Source: a virus (Duplodnaviria; Heunggongvirae; Uroviricota; Caudoviricetes). From it: a stretch of 38,122 nucleotides of DNA. The notes below the pieces were generated by a model. It saw nothing but the letters and a program-made list of their open reading frames with translations, did not search any database and had not been told where the DNA came from. The stretch is from the IMG/VR virus record IMGVR_UViG_2734482790_000003; one strand, 5' to 3'. This document shows positions 37,865 to 38,122 of this stretch, piece by piece (the stretch's first letter is position 1; every line of letters starts with the position of its first letter). Both the position numbers and the translations under genes were made by a program.

Positions 37865-38122
37865 TCAGGCGTCCAGATTTTCTTTCACCCATGCAGCAAA
37901 ATCGGTATAGCCGCCGATATGTTGCTGATCGACAAAAATCTGCGGCACGGTTTCTACGGGTTTACCTGCCTTTTGTTGTAGATCTTCTTTAGTGATCCCT
38001 TCCGCACGAATATCTACATAGTGATACTGAAAATCATCGTGTTCATTGCTCAATTTCTCAGCCAGATCTTTTGCACGCACACAGTAAGGGCAACCCGGAC
38101 GACCAAAAATAACGGTTTGCAT
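37865..38122 (-). CDS. grxA: Glutaredoxin 1 (host gene)
   Basis: 85 aa with CPYC active site (FGRPGCPYCVRAK); start codon at the window edge. Confidence 0.9.
   Translation of the reverse strand: MQTVIFGRPGCPYCVRAKDLAEKLSNEHDDFQYHYVDIRAEGITKEDLQQKAGKPVETVPQIFVDQQHIGGYTDFAAWVKENLDA

Noticed and set aside
1-38122. CRISPR arrays, tRNA/rRNA genes and IS elements
   Set aside because: No short direct repeats with regular spacers, no cloverleaf-like tRNA sequence and no transposase-like ORF with terminal inverted repeats were found. Any tRNA or attL core next to int would lie outside the window.

Overview
Nearly the whole window (1 to ~35.3 kb) is a 186/P2-family temperate prophage, followed by the Escherichia-type host genes ybjL, ybjM and grxA (35.5-38.1 kb). 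Calls rest on reading the six-frame translations against remembered protein families; no database search was run. Left arm: tyrosine integrase, 186-type immunity region (CI, Apl, CII), small early ORFs, a TraR/DksA zinc-finger protein, a Dam-type methyltransferase coupled to the rolling-circle replication gene A, and an SOS module (LexA box, small ORF, DinI-like gene). Right arm: the full P2-type late gene set Q P O N M L X, lysis cassette, R S V W J I H G, FI FII E/E' T U D, ogr, with TGT-N12-ACA activator dyads upstream of three late operons, and a Gin/Pin-type invertase beside an invertible tail-fibre segment. The AT-rich cargo between gene A and the portal gene (7.9-13.1 kb) holds two modules: a SIR2-HerA pair, and a split-HipA module (truncated HipA-like kinase plus a HipA-N-subdomain/HIRAN fusion) that I consider the best candidate for an undescribed defence system. 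A cos-like motif lies between the two modules. Motif coordinates counted by hand may be off by 1-2 bases; CDS coordinates follow the ORF track.
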